A stretch of DNA of 64,000 nucleotides from an uncultured Clostridia bacterium (GCA_934169745.1 CAKPOE010000004.1:72268-136267); one strand, 5' to 3'; shown: positions 46,116-56,203, counted from the stretch's first letter. The notes: generated from the sequence alone by a model not told the origin. A program made the numbers and translations.

Positions 46116-46844
46116 CTATGTTGTTTTATATATTTTTTCATAATATCTACTTATTCCCAAGATTATTCCTTCTACTATTCTGTCTTGATATTCTTCTGTT
46201 TGTAACAATGATGCCTCTTCTATATTTGACAAAAAACCACATTCCACTATTGTTGTTGGAATTTCAGCTTTATCTGTAAGTTTAACATCCTTTATGCAAA
46301 GTGCTACCCTTTCATTTTTTCTATCGATTTTTTCGGACAAACCTTTCTGTACTTCTTCTGCTAAAATCTTATTATACTCAGAAGATTTATTATAAAATGT
46401 TTGCCAGCCATAATATTTTTCTGACGAAAATTTATTTAAGTGTATAGAAATACACATATCAGCCTTGCTAGAGTTCACTATTTTTACTCTGTTATTTAAG
46501 TCTGATACTTTTATTTGCTTTATCGAAGTTTGTTTGTCCTTATCTGCAATGTTATTTTCGTCCTCACGTGTCATAATTACATTATACCCTAACTCATCTA
46601 ATGCTTCTTCCAATTTTTTCGCAATTTCTAAATTTATATTAGCTTCCTTAACACCATCATTTGAAACCGCACCACCGTCTGGCTCTCCATGTCCGGCATC
46701 AATAACAATAGTGTAGGTAGGTTCAGATAAAGGAATTGCTGTAACTGGTATTATTTCTTTATAATTTCCAACCCAGAAAGTAAGTACAAGCATTATTCCA
46801 ACAAACATGAATATTAGCTTTTTCAATCTAATAAAAACAAACAT
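46116..46844 (-). CDS. N-acetylmuramoyl-L-alanine amidase, CwlD-like (Amidase_3)
   Basis: Membrane anchor followed by Amidase_3 motifs (VIDAGHGEPDGGAV…, …ISIHLN…, …ECGFLSN). Confidence 0.75.
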   Translation of the reverse strand: MFVFIRLKKLIFMFVGIMLVLTFWVGNYKEIIPVTAIPLSEPTYTIVIDAGHGEPDGGAVSNDGVKEANINLEIAKKLEEALDELGYNVIMTREDENNIADKDKQTSIKQIKVSDLNNRVKIVNSSKADMCISIHLNKFSSEKYYGWQTFYNKSSEYNKILAEEVQKGLSEKIDRKNERVALCIKDVKLTDKAEIPTTIVECGFLSNIEEASLLQTEEYQDRIVEGIILGISRYYEKIYKTT

Positions 46845-46901
46845 AAAAAAAGTCCTCCCAATACATAAGAATATGTACTGAGAAGATTCTTTATTCTAAA
46901 A

Positions 46902-47852
46902 TTATCCTGTTATAGATGTTTTTCTTCTATTCTCTAGGAATGTACTTCCTTCCATAGTTTTCGCTTTTTTCTTAACACTAGCTCCATCCTCGCCAATTTC
47001 CAATGTTGTTTTATATTTTTTATATCTATTACTTACCATTGCTATAGTTAAAGTCATTATCGGAAACTTTTCTAGTTTACCACGTCTGTTGGCTATTCTT
47101 ATTCCTCCATTTTTTATATCTTCTTCTGTATAGAAATTTACAATCTCTTTGTCGAATTTCTTTATAATATCTCTACCAATCTTTTTTGCATTTTCATAAT
47201 CTAATATAGCCACAAAATCGTCTCCACCTATGTGACCCAAGAAATCTCCAGCTTTTCCATATTCTTGGATACTGCTTTGTATTACGCTACTTGTAAATTT
47301 TATAACTTCATCTCCACTCATAAAGCCATACTTATCATTATATGATTTAAAGTTATCTAAATCGGCATACAATACCGCATACGCTTTTCTCGAGGCAATT
47401 CTTCTCTTTAATTCAGACTCTATTTGAACATTTCCAGGAAGTCCTGTTAATGCACTAATACATCTGTTTGATGCTATCAATCTTGAAAGATTTTTTATTG
47501 TATAGTAAAAGAAACCTTCATGTAATGGCTTTGGAATATAATACTCAACATCATTTTTTAATATCTTTATTCTGAAATCTTCATCTTTTGTATCAGCAGT
47601 CACAATAATAGGTGTTATATTACTTTCTTTATCTTTTCTAATAAATTGACAAACCTTAAAAATATCATTATTAATGTCGTCTGCATTTATTATTATTAAG
47701 TCTGGCATTGTCATTAATGCTTTTTTTATATCAGTTTTGTCAGATGTTGAATGAACAAAAACATATTTTTTCTCATCCTTGAAAATTTCTCTTGTCAATT
47801 TAATAACGTCTTCCGAATCATCAATAATAACGATATAACTACTGTTTATCAT
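46902..47852 (-). CDS. Response-regulator receiver + GGDEF-domain protein with non-canonical GGDDF motif
   Basis: REC-like N-terminus (VIIDDSEDV…, DLIIINADD) and GGDEF fold (…RKAYAVLYADLDNFKSYND…GDEVIK…HIGGDDFVAIL). Confidence 0.8.
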   Translation of the reverse strand: MINSSYIVIIDDSEDVIKLTREIFKDEKKYVFVHSTSDKTDIKKALMTMPDLIIINADDINNDIFKVCQFIRKDKESNITPIIVTADTKDEDFRIKILKNDVEYYIPKPLHEGFFYYTIKNLSRLIASNRCISALTGLPGNVQIESELKRRIASRKAYAVLYADLDNFKSYNDKYGFMSGDEVIKFTSSVIQSSIQEYGKAGDFLGHIGGDDFVAILDYENAKKIGRDIIKKFDKEIVNFYTEEDIKNGGIRIANRRGKLEKFPIMTLTIAMVSNRYKKYKTTLEIGEDGASVKKKAKTMEGSTFLENRRKTSITG

Positions 47853-47890
47853 ACGTACCCTCCTTCATTAGTAAACTCATTTATTTACTA

Positions 47891-48715
47891 CTACAACTCA
47901 TTAGCGATATTTGCAAAATCCTGAATTGATAAATTTTCTGCTCTTAATTTTTCATTTATATTCAACTTATTTAATATATTAATTATATTTTCCTTATCTA
48001 CATTACCCGAAGATAATGAATTAGATATTGTTTTTCTTCTATGGTTAAAACCATTCCTAACTATTTCAAAAAACTTATCTTCATCCTTTACATTAACTGA
48101 AGGTGCTTCAAGAATGTCTAATTTTATAACACATGAATCCACTTCCGGAGAAGGAAGAAAATTCTCTTTTGGAACATCTATTATAATTTGTGGCACACTA
48201 TAGTATTTCACAGCAATTGTAATTGCACCATATTCTTTAGTGCCAGGCTCTGAACAAATTCTTTCTCCCACCTCTTTTTGAACCATTACAGTTATAGATT
48301 TAAATTTATATCTTTCCTCTAACAATTTCATTATAATAGGCGTTGTAATATAATATGGTAAATTTGCAACAACTTTAACAGATGTTTCTTTTCCTATTAT
48401 TTCATTTAAATCTACTTTTAAAACATCTCCAAAAACAATTTCCAAATTATCATTTAAAAATCTGCTTTTTAAAACATCAACCATATTAGGATCAAGTTCT
48501 ATCACAACAACCTTCTTTGCCTTACCAAGTAGTGCCTTTGTAAGTGAACCAAGTCCTGGTCCAATTTCTATTACAACATCTTCATTGGTTATTTCTGATT
48601 TTTGAACAATCTCATCAATTATTTCTTGATTTATTAAAAAATTTTGTCCAAGTTTTTTGTTTGCCCTTAAACCATATTGATTTAATAACATTTTTGTTTC
48701 TTCATATAAATTCAA
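47891..48715 (-). CDS. rsmA: 16S rRNA (adenine1518/1519-N6)-dimethyltransferase RsmA/KsgA
   Basis: KKLGQNFLIN, SAM motif VIEIGPGLGSLT, NLPYYITTPI. Confidence 0.95.
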   Translation of the reverse strand: MNLYEETKMLLNQYGLRANKKLGQNFLINQEIIDEIVQKSEITNEDVVIEIGPGLGSLTKALLGKAKKVVVIELDPNMVDVLKSRFLNDNLEIVFGDVLKVDLNEIIGKETSVKVVANLPYYITTPIIMKLLEERYKFKSITVMVQKEVGERICSEPGTKEYGAITIAVKYYSVPQIIIDVPKENFLPSPEVDSCVIKLDILEAPSVNVKDEDKFFEIVRNGFNHRRKTISNSLSSGNVDKENIINILNKLNINEKLRAENLSIQDFANIANEL

Positions 48716-48828
48716 ATATTCACCTTCTTCACATTAAAGTATAATATTTAATCATGATTTTTGCAATAGTGAAGGAAAAATAAAAATGAGGGAAGAACAA
48801 AGTATGCACCATCCCTCACTCTTTTATT

Positions 48829-49539
48829 TTATTCTATTACATATACTTTCATATTTCTTATTCCCCATTTTACTGTGTCTTCATGTGAGTCCATATATAA
48901 ATCTATTTTTTTGTTTTTTATTGCACTTCCTGTATCTGCTGCAACTGCATATCCATAAGTTTTAACTCCATCAACGCCTTCTACGTAAACTTTACTTCCA
49001 AGTGGTATAACTTTTGGATCTACCGCTATAACTTTCATGCCTGTACCTGGAACAATTTTAAGTCCTGATCTTGTTACTCCGTATCCTGGATTATCTTCGC
49101 TTTTTCCACAACACTTTTTGCACAAACAATATGCTGTTGCTTTTACTTCAATTACTTCCTTGTATTCTGTTGGTGCTTCTTCTTGAACTTCTGTTTGTTC
49201 ACTAATTGTTTCTCTTTTTACGTTAGTTCCTCTTGATGTATAAGTTGTTACTGCCGCGGGCACAATGTTTTTCTTTGTTGTTTCCTCTTCCAATATGGCT
49301 TTAGCAATCATTTCCTTATACTCTTTATAGTTGCTTGTCATTTCTTTTAGTTCATTTTTTGTGTTATACGTTTTTAACGCAAGTTCACTCTTGTTTTTTT
49401 CTTTTTCTAATGCAACTTCATTCTGGAAAATTTGTATTCCTACTATGCTACAACTTATAACTATAAATGCTAGTAAAATTCCTTGAATTACGAGCTCTTT
49501 TCCTCTTTTGTATATTGTAATTTCTGTACATTCTCGCAT
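48829..49539 (-). CDS. 3D (MltA-like) domain protein with N-terminal membrane anchor
   Basis: C-terminal 3D domain (…ATAYCLC…GYAVAADTGSAIKNKKIDLYM…). RBS GGAGGG before MRECTE. Confidence 0.7.
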   Translation of the reverse strand: MRECTEITIYKRGKELVIQGILLAFIVISCSIVGIQIFQNEVALEKEKNKSELALKTYNTKNELKEMTSNYKEYKEMIAKAILEEETTKKNIVPAAVTTYTSRGTNVKRETISEQTEVQEEAPTEYKEVIEVKATAYCLCKKCCGKSEDNPGYGVTRSGLKIVPGTGMKVIAVDPKVIPLGSKVYVEGVDGVKTYGYAVAADTGSAIKNKKIDLYMDSHEDTVKWGIRNMKVYVIE

Positions 49540-49807
49540 AATATCCCTCCATTTTTTTGCGCGAAGCCCTTTTATTCTACAATAAATGTCAAAGTTTGTC
49601 AAATAAAACCATTTTTATTTGATTTTGTTTTGTAATTTTTCAAAATTCATTCCTTAATATAATTTATGACTTGTCTTAATTTTTATTCTATTTTTTGCAA
49701 ATTTTACCTTCGGTACCAATATAATAATCGAATATTTTACACTTTCGTGCAAAAAATACTATTAAATCATTTTGATGAATTTAAAATTAATTTTGGAGGT
49801 AATAAAT

Positions 49808-51085
49808 ATGAATAAAAGATTTTTAGCATTTTCTATGCTATTTGTTTTGTTATTCTCTATGTTTTCTGTATTTGCCACAGAAAGTGGTAGTTCTAGTACA
49901 GGAGAGGGTCAAGGAGAGACTCCTACACCAACTCTTACAATCTCAAATGGAACTTATAATGTAGAAAAAAACAAAACACTAGCAGATTCTTTGCCAACTA
50001 TTGAAGGCGAAACAGGTTTAACTTATGTTATGGTTTCTCAACCTACACATGGTACTCTTACTCACAGCGACGCTAACTCAGCCAGCTTTTCTTATCAGCC
50101 AGAAACCGACTATGTTGGTGAAGATTCATTTACTTTTAAAGTAACAAAAGATACGAATGAATCAAATGTTGCAACAGCAAGTATAACAATAAGTGATGTA
50201 ACTTCTACAGGTTTAGTGATAAAAGATGTTTCATATGAATTAGAAAAGAATGCAATTTTAACAACTAACTTACCATCTATTGAAGGTGAAACAGGTTTAA
50301 CTTATGTCATCGTTTCTCAACCTACACACGGTACTCTTACTCACGGTGACGCTAATTCAGCAACTTTCTCTTACACACCAACTTTAGATTATGTTGGTAA
50401 AGATTCGTTTACTTTTAAAGTAACAAAAGATTCAAAAGAATCAAATGTCGCAACAGCAACACTTACTATAAAGACACCTACAGAACCAATCATTCCTTTT
50501 GACTATATAGATATGAAAGACCACTGGGCTAATTATTCTGCATCGCACTTAGCAGCAAGAGGATTAATAATAGGAGAAGAAATAGGTAGTAGATTTTATT
50601 TCTATCCAGAAAGAGAAATGAACCGTTCAAACTTCATATTATTCTTACTTGCAATAACAGAAAGTAACGAAGACGCAAACCTAGAAATTCCAAAAGTAAC
50701 ATTCGCCGATAGCGATACTCTTCCTGACTGGCTAGTAGAAGCTGCAAAATTAGCATATGCCAAAGGAATAATTAAAGGAAGTGCAGAAGGAAGTAAAATT
50801 TATTTAAATGCTTATGCACCTTTAACTAGAACAGAAGCAGTTGTTATGATTAATAATGTTTTAAAACCAACAAATTCTACAGACGACTTGAAATATTCAG
50901 ACACAAACAAAATTCCTGCATGGGGAATTCAGGCCGTTAAAAACCTAACAGCATACAAGATAATACAAGGCTCTAACGGAACATTCGATCCAAATAGTGT
51001 AATAACTCGTGGTCAAGCAGCCGAAATGTGCTTCAAACTAATCAAACAATTAGAGAAAAATGAAGTCTCGGGAGAAGTAAAATAA
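49808..51085 (+). CDS. S-layer-homology (SLH) domain cell-wall protein with two tandem Ig/cadherin-like repeats
   Basis: Signal peptide, two ~93-aa repeats (…IEGETGLTYV.VSQPTHGTLTH.DANSA.FSY.P..DYVG.DSFTFKVTKD…), then three SLH motifs (…DHWANYSASHLAARGLIIG…). RBS GGAGGT. Confidence 0.85.
   Translation: MNKRFLAFSMLFVLLFSMFSVFATESGSSSTGEGQGETPTPTLTISNGTYNVEKNKTLADSLPTIEGETGLTYVMVSQPTHGTLTHSDANSASFSYQPETDYVGEDSFTFKVTKDTNESNVATASITISDVTSTGLVIKDVSYELEKNAILTTNLPSIEGETGLTYVIVSQPTHGTLTHGDANSATFSYTPTLDYVGKDSFTFKVTKDSKESNVATATLTIKTPTEPIIPFDYIDMKDHWANYSASHLAARGLIIGEEIGSRFYFYPEREMNRSNFILFLLAITESNEDANLEIPKVTFADSDTLPDWLVEAAKLAYAKGIIKGSAEGSKIYLNAYAPLTRTEAVVMINNVLKPTNSTDDLKYSDTNKIPAWGIQAVKNLTAYKIIQGSNGTFDPNSVITRGQAAEMCFKLIKQLEKNEVSGEVK
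49930..50490 (+). repeat. Intragenic tandem repeat, 2 x ~279 nt (~85 % identical) in the SLH protein gene
   Basis: ttgccaactattgaaggcgaaacaggtttaacttatgt… at 49991 recurs as ttaccatctattgaaggtgaaacaggtttaacttatgt… at 50270. Confidence 0.8.
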
Positions 51086-51126
51086 GAAAAAAAGGACAGA
51101 AAATCTTTGATTTTCTGTCCTTTAAA
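51086..51126. terminator. Bidirectional terminator (SLH gene / aminopeptidase gene convergent)
   Basis: Hairpin aaggacagaaaatc-tttg-attttctgtcctt with flanking A- and T-tracts. Confidence 0.7.
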
Positions 51127-51128
51127 TA

Positions 51129-52544
51129 TTATTCCATAAATACTTTATAAGCTCTGTATGACATATATACATCAAATTTGCTCGAAACCTCATAAGGTGA
51201 ATGCATTGATAATACTGGTGTTCCACAATCTATAACATCCATTCCTTTGTTCGCTAAAATATAAGCTATAGTGCCTCCACCACCTTCATCAACTTTTCCC
51301 AATTCACTTATTTGAAAAGCAACTTTATTATCATCAAATAACTTTCTAAGTTCTGCTACATATTCAGCATTTGCATCGTTTGCTCCACCTTTGCCTCTTC
51401 CGCCAGTATATTTATTTATACCAACACCTCTTCCAAAGTAAGAAGCATTTTTTCTGTCAGCAACACTTGCATAGATTGGATCAAAAGCACCATCAACATC
51501 AGCTGAAAGCATCTTTGAATTTGTATAAACTCTATTTAAAATATTCGTTGTTTTGTCTTCTCCCTTTAACGCAATTATCTCGCCTAAGAATGTTTCAAAT
51601 GCATTAGCTTCCATTCCTGTATTACCGACACTTCCAATTTCTTCTTTATCAACCAACAAGCATACCGCTGTTTTCTTTGGATTTTCAACTTCACAAATCG
51701 CACTAAGAGCAGCGTATGAACATACTTTATCATCTTGACCGTATGCAGCAACCATGCTTCTGTCAAATCCTAGTGACTTAGCTTTAAATGCAGGAACAAT
51801 TTCTATTTCTGCACTTAAGAAATCGCTTTCTACTATTCCATATTTTTCATTTAGAATTTTCATTATGTTTAATTTAACTTTATCACTTACTTTTTCATCA
51901 TTAAAAGGAATACTACCAATTAAAAGATTTAAATCTTCTCCCTCAATTCCTTCTGATAACTTCTTTTCCATTTGTTTTCTAGCCATATGTGGTAAAAGGT
52001 CTGTTATTACAAAAGTAATATCATCATTTTCTTCACCAACATTTATTTCAACCGTCTTTCCATCTTTTAAAGCAATAACGCCATGCATTGCAAGTGGCAT
52101 TGTAACCCATTGATATTTTTTGATTCCACCATAATACTGAGTTTTTAAATAAGCAAAACCTGTATCTTCATATAAAGGATTTGGTTTTAAATCAAGTCTT
52201 GGAGAATCAATATGGGCACCAACAACACGAAGTCCACTCTCTAAAGTATCTTCTCCAATTACGGCTAATATAATATTCTTATTTCTGTTAATTGTATAAA
52301 CTTTATCTCCAGCCTTCAATTTTTTAAATTTTTCTAAAGGTTTAAAACCTTTCTCTTCTGCCAATTTCTTAGCACTCTTAACACATTCTCTTTCAGTTTT
52401 GCTAACGTTCAAAAAGTTTATATATTCATCGCAAAACTTACTTATTTTCCTCTTTTCAGCTTCGCTACTGGTTTCCCAGCCAGACTTATGCTCAACCAAT
52501 AGTTTTTCTTTTAACTTTTGACCTTCTGTTTTTGTCTCTGCCAT
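51129..52544 (-). CDS. M18-family aminopeptidase
   Basis: …VGAHIDSPRLDLKPNP…, …HMARKQMEK…, C-terminal …TGGRGKGGANDANAEY…CGTPVLSMHSPYE…. RBS AAGGAGGAG before MAETKTEG. Confidence 0.8.
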   Translation of the reverse strand: MAETKTEGQKLKEKLLVEHKSGWETSSEAEKRKISKFCDEYINFLNVSKTERECVKSAKKLAEEKGFKPLEKFKKLKAGDKVYTINRNKNIILAVIGEDTLESGLRVVGAHIDSPRLDLKPNPLYEDTGFAYLKTQYYGGIKKYQWVTMPLAMHGVIALKDGKTVEINVGEENDDITFVITDLLPHMARKQMEKKLSEGIEGEDLNLLIGSIPFNDEKVSDKVKLNIMKILNEKYGIVESDFLSAEIEIVPAFKAKSLGFDRSMVAAYGQDDKVCSYAALSAICEVENPKKTAVCLLVDKEEIGSVGNTGMEANAFETFLGEIIALKGEDKTTNILNRVYTNSKMLSADVDGAFDPIYASVADRKNASYFGRGVGINKYTGGRGKGGANDANAEYVAELRKLFDDNKVAFQISELGKVDEGGGGTIAYILANKGMDVIDCGTPVLSMHSPYEVSSKFDVYMSYRAYKVFME

Positions 52545-52635
52545 ATTACTCCTCCTTAATAAAATTTTTCTATTCCTAGTTATTATATACAACTTTAAAA
52601 ATTTTATCAATAGAATGAATATTTTTATCAAACAG

Positions 52636-52675
52636 AAACCCCAGATACATTTAAATGCGTACCTGGGGTTTGTTT
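52636..52675 (-). terminator. Terminator downstream of the transglutaminase-like gene
   Basis: Hairpin aaccccag-N18-ctggggtt with T-rich flanks. Confidence 0.45.
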
Positions 52676-53548
52676 TTAGAATGACAAGTTTGCCTTCATC
52701 TGTTCTTCGACGTTGTATTTATGATACAATCGTTTCCAATTCTTATCCGAGATAAAAGAAATTTGCTTTTCAAACCAGAGTCTCATCCAATCGACTTCAG
52801 AATAGTGAGTAATAGAGTTTCGTCTATAAACTCTTGTAGCAACTTCTGAAAGTCTGCAGAATAAAGTATCACTTTCACCGCTATTAAAAAAACGAATTTT
52901 TCCTCTTCTATATGCGCCTATCATTCCACAATTCAATGGGTCCACATATAGATAGTCGCCATTAATCTTAACAGCAGTAATTGCATGATTGCTCCCTCGT
53001 TTTTTGTTCATAGCTTCAATGACGATAGAAAATTTACTTTTTTTCTTTTGAATTTTGTTCTCTTCTTTTTCCTTTTCATCATCTACGCACCTTGCATTCC
53101 GCACAGCAAACACCGTTTCCTTTGCCGTACCTTGCATTGCAACGCAAAGCATCTCCGCCTTATATTTGGGGTTGATTTTATTAAGTAAATCCGCTAAGTA
53201 GCACGCTAAGTTTCTACATACGCAACAATCTCTCCTCATTACATTTATACCCCAATATCCATTGAGTTCATCAGTACGAGGTTCTCCAATTCCATTTATC
53301 ATAGTATGTGCATCTTGAATAACCGTCATTAAAAGTTGAAAGTCATTCAAATTCTTTTTCTTATAAACAGCTGCCACAGCTTCAAGTGCATCATTGTACG
53401 TTTTTATATCCTCATAGTGCGTCTTAACAAACTTCTCCTTTTCTTTTTTGAGCCTCAATTTCTCGCTAATTCGTGACACTATAATGCCACCAAGTAGACC
53501 AATAATCGCTGAAATTACCGTCGTCAAAGCCATTTCTTTTGTTGCCAT
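52676..53548 (-). CDS. Membrane-anchored transglutaminase-like (papain-fold) cysteine peptidase
   Basis: N-terminal TM. Cys in …RRDCCVCRNLACYLADLL… and His/Asp in …SNHAITAVKINGDYLYVDP… fit the Cys-His-Asp triad spacing of transglutaminase-like domains. GC (~37 %) is above background. Confidence 0.55.
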   Translation of the reverse strand: MATKEMALTTVISAIIGLLGGIIVSRISEKLRLKKEKEKFVKTHYEDIKTYNDALEAVAAVYKKKNLNDFQLLMTVIQDAHTMINGIGEPRTDELNGYWGINVMRRDCCVCRNLACYLADLLNKINPKYKAEMLCVAMQGTAKETVFAVRNARCVDDEKEKEENKIQKKKSKFSIVIEAMNKKRGSNHAITAVKINGDYLYVDPLNCGMIGAYRRGKIRFFNSGESDTLFCRLSEVATRVYRRNSITHYSEVDWMRLWFEKQISFISDKNWKRLYHKYNVEEQMKANLSF

Positions 53549-53629
53549 AATTGTGACATACCCTCCTAAATGATTAATTTCTACGCGAGTATATCACAAT
53601 TATGTAAATTTGTCAATTATTGCAAGTGA

Positions 53630-53700
53630 ACGAAAAAGAGGCAGCCGGAAAATTGTTCATTTTTGAACAGATTTCCGGCTGCCTCTTTTTCGTTCATTTT
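53630..53700. repeat. Perfect ~31-bp-arm palindrome (gaacgaaaaagaggcagccggaaa…tttccggctgcctctttttcgttc), probable operon terminator and member of a repeat family
   Basis: Reverse complement of the left arm equals the right arm exactly; lies 3' of the oxidoreductase beta-subunit gene. Confidence 0.6.
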
Positions 53701-53709
53701 CTGTTGCTT

Positions 53710-54660
53710 TTATTGTTCGTTTGTCATTCTTTCTAACTCAAGAAGTCTTTCCCATCTCTCGTCTACTTCTTTTTGAAGTTCTTCTATCATCCATTCATTT
53801 CCTTCTTTGAATAGATGTTTAAATCTCTTTTGTGGTCTTAAGAATTCTGATACTGGTAATTTGTTCTTTGGCTTATAATTAATTACATATCTTCCATCTA
53901 TAACTTCATATAATGGCCAATAACATGTCTCTACTGCTAATTTGTTAATATTCATCAATTCATCAGTATCGTATCCCCAGCCTCTTGGACATGGAGCAAG
54001 ACAGTTTAAAAATGCAGCTCCCTCTGTATAAATTGCTTTTTCTGCTTTAGTTGTTATATCTCTGAAATTACCTATTGCCGCTGTTTGCGCAACATAAGGA
54101 ATATGATGATTTGCTATAACTTCTGTTAAATCTTTTCTCTTTTGTTGTTTTCCAGGAACAACTTTTCCGGCAGGAGAAGTTGTTGTATCAGCAAATCTTG
54201 GTGTTGCAGAAGATCTTTGAATACCTGTGTTCATATATGCGCCATTATCGTAGCATACATAAACCATGTCATGACCTCTTTCCATTGCACCAGACAAAGA
54301 TTGAAGACCTATATCATAAGTTCCTCCATCTCCTCCAAATGCTATAAATTTTGTATGTTCATCTGCTGGTAACTTTCCTTTTCTTTTCATAGCTTTATAT
54401 GCTGCTTCACTACCCGCAACAGTTGCACCTGCGTTTTCAAATGCACTGTGTATAAAAGAATCTTTCCATGCTGTGTAAGGATAAATAAAAGTAGAAACTT
54501 CCAAGCATCCTGTTGCTGCACCTATTACTGCATGATCTTCTTCTTTAAGACCACGAAGTACTGCGTTTACCACAACTGGCGCGCCACATCCTGCACACAT
54601 TCTATGACCTGAAGATAATCTGTTTGGTTTTTGAATTGCTTCTTTTAAATTATAAGCCAT
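53710..54660 (-). CDS. 2-oxoacid:ferredoxin oxidoreductase beta subunit (TPP-binding; pyruvate/2-ketoisovalerate type)
   Basis: …CAGCGAP…, TPP motif GGDGGTYDIG. Confidence 0.85.
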   Translation of the reverse strand: MAYNLKEAIQKPNRLSSGHRMCAGCGAPVVVNAVLRGLKEEDHAVIGAATGCLEVSTFIYPYTAWKDSFIHSAFENAGATVAGSEAAYKAMKRKGKLPADEHTKFIAFGGDGGTYDIGLQSLSGAMERGHDMVYVCYDNGAYMNTGIQRSSATPRFADTTTSPAGKVVPGKQQKRKDLTEVIANHHIPYVAQTAAIGNFRDITTKAEKAIYTEGAAFLNCLAPCPRGWGYDTDELMNINKLAVETCYWPLYEVIDGRYVINYKPKNKLPVSEFLRPQKRFKHLFKEGNEWMIEELQKEVDERWERLLELERMTNEQ

Positions 54661-55853
54661 TAGTCTCTACCTCCTTTTAATCCTAAATAACGATAAGGAT
54701 TTTCCACCTTACCACTTGCAACTATTTCAGCTAAATCGTTATATACTTTCTCAATATCAGTAGTTCTAACATCTCTACCGCCAATACCATATATATAATT
54801 TACTACTTTTGTATCTGTAACACCATTAACCATCATTGCTGATGACACATCTGTAAATAACGGTCCTCCAACACCATTTAGTCCATCCGCTTTATCCATT
54901 ACTGCAACGGCTTTTACATTTCTTAAAGCCTCTGCAATTTCTGTAGCAGGAAATGGTCTAAACATTCTTGGTTTAATCACACCAACTTTAACACCTTTTG
55001 CTCTCATCTCATCTACTACAGCTTTAGCCGTACCAGCTGTTGAGTTAAGAACAACAATTGCAAGTTCAGCATCATCCATTTTATATTTCTCTATAAAATC
55101 ATATTTTCTTCCTGTTATTTTTTCAAACTCTTCAGAAACTTCTTTTATAACTCTTGCTGCATTTCTCATTCCATTTGCTTGTTGATATTTATGCTCAAAC
55201 AAATATGGTTGAACATCTAAAGGACCAACAGCTATTGGTTCATCTCTATTTAATAGATAATGTTCTGGATGATATTCGCCGACAAAATTCTTAACAATAT
55301 CATCTTCAATTAATTCTATATTCTCAATTGAGTGTGATGTTATAAATCCATCATAACAAACCATTACTGGTAATTGAACATCCTTATGTTCCGCAATTCT
55401 TGTAGCCATAATAAAGTTATCATATGCTTCTTGGTTAGTTTCTGAATATAGTTGAACCCAACCAGAATCTCTCGCACCCATTGAATCAGAATGATCATTG
55501 TGAATATTTAAAGGTCCAGAAACCGCTCTATTAACACATGCCATAACAATCGGAAGTCTTAAACTTGAAGCAATGTACAACATCTCCCACATAAGTGATA
55601 AACCATTTGCAGAAGTTGCAGTCATAACTCTACCACCTGCTGCTGAAGCACCAATACAAGCACTCATTGCACTATGCTCACTTTCAACTGGAACAAACTC
55701 TGTACCAACAACACCATTATTTACAAAAGTTGAAAAATATTGTGGAACTTCTGTAGAAGGTGTAATAGGGAAAGCTGCAACAACATCAGGATTTATCTGT
55801 CTCATCGCATTTGCAACAGCTTCATTTCCGCTCAATCTTTCTCTAATACTCAT
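54660..55853 (-). CDS. 2-oxoacid:ferredoxin oxidoreductase alpha subunit
   Basis: 397 aa with the pyrimidine-binding/transketolase-like fold of PorA/VorA; its stop overlaps the beta-subunit start. Confidence 0.85.
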   Translation of the reverse strand: MSIRERLSGNEAVANAMRQINPDVVAAFPITPSTEVPQYFSTFVNNGVVGTEFVPVESEHSAMSACIGASAAGGRVMTATSANGLSLMWEMLYIASSLRLPIVMACVNRAVSGPLNIHNDHSDSMGARDSGWVQLYSETNQEAYDNFIMATRIAEHKDVQLPVMVCYDGFITSHSIENIELIEDDIVKNFVGEYHPEHYLLNRDEPIAVGPLDVQPYLFEHKYQQANGMRNAARVIKEVSEEFEKITGRKYDFIEKYKMDDAELAIVVLNSTAGTAKAVVDEMRAKGVKVGVIKPRMFRPFPATEIAEALRNVKAVAVMDKADGLNGVGGPLFTDVSSAMMVNGVTDTKVVNYIYGIGGRDVRTTDIEKVYNDLAEIVASGKVENPYRYLGLKGGRD

Positions 55854-55893
55854 TTATATTTCTCCTTTCGATTTTGTTTCTTTTCTTATGTTC

Positions 55894-56196
55894 TTACTCC
55901 ATAACGATTGCAGAAAATGGACAAGCCTTTGCACAAACTCCGCATCCTTTACAATAATCATAATTAAAATCTTCTCTTTTTCCGCCTTCACCTACTGGAA
56001 TTGCGCTATCTGGACAAGTTGGAACACAAAGTCCACATTGCTTACATTTGTCAGATAGAAAAATTGGCTTTCTTGATCTCCAATCTCCTGTTTTAAAATC
56101 CTCTGCATTTCCAACATCATATATTGTTCCACCTAATGTCATCTCTTCCCAAGTAGAATTAGGATTTATATTACATTTTCTTTCAGACATAATCAC
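55894..56196 (-). CDS. 2-oxoacid:ferredoxin oxidoreductase delta subunit (2x[4Fe-4S] ferredoxin)
   Basis: CKQCGLCVPTCP and CKGCGVCAKACP cluster motifs; 100 aa. Confidence 0.85.
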   Translation of the reverse strand: MIMSERKCNINPNSTWEEMTLGGTIYDVGNAEDFKTGDWRSRKPIFLSDKCKQCGLCVPTCPDSAIPVGEGGKREDFNYDYCKGCGVCAKACPFSAIVME

Positions 56197-56203
56197 TACC
56201 TCC

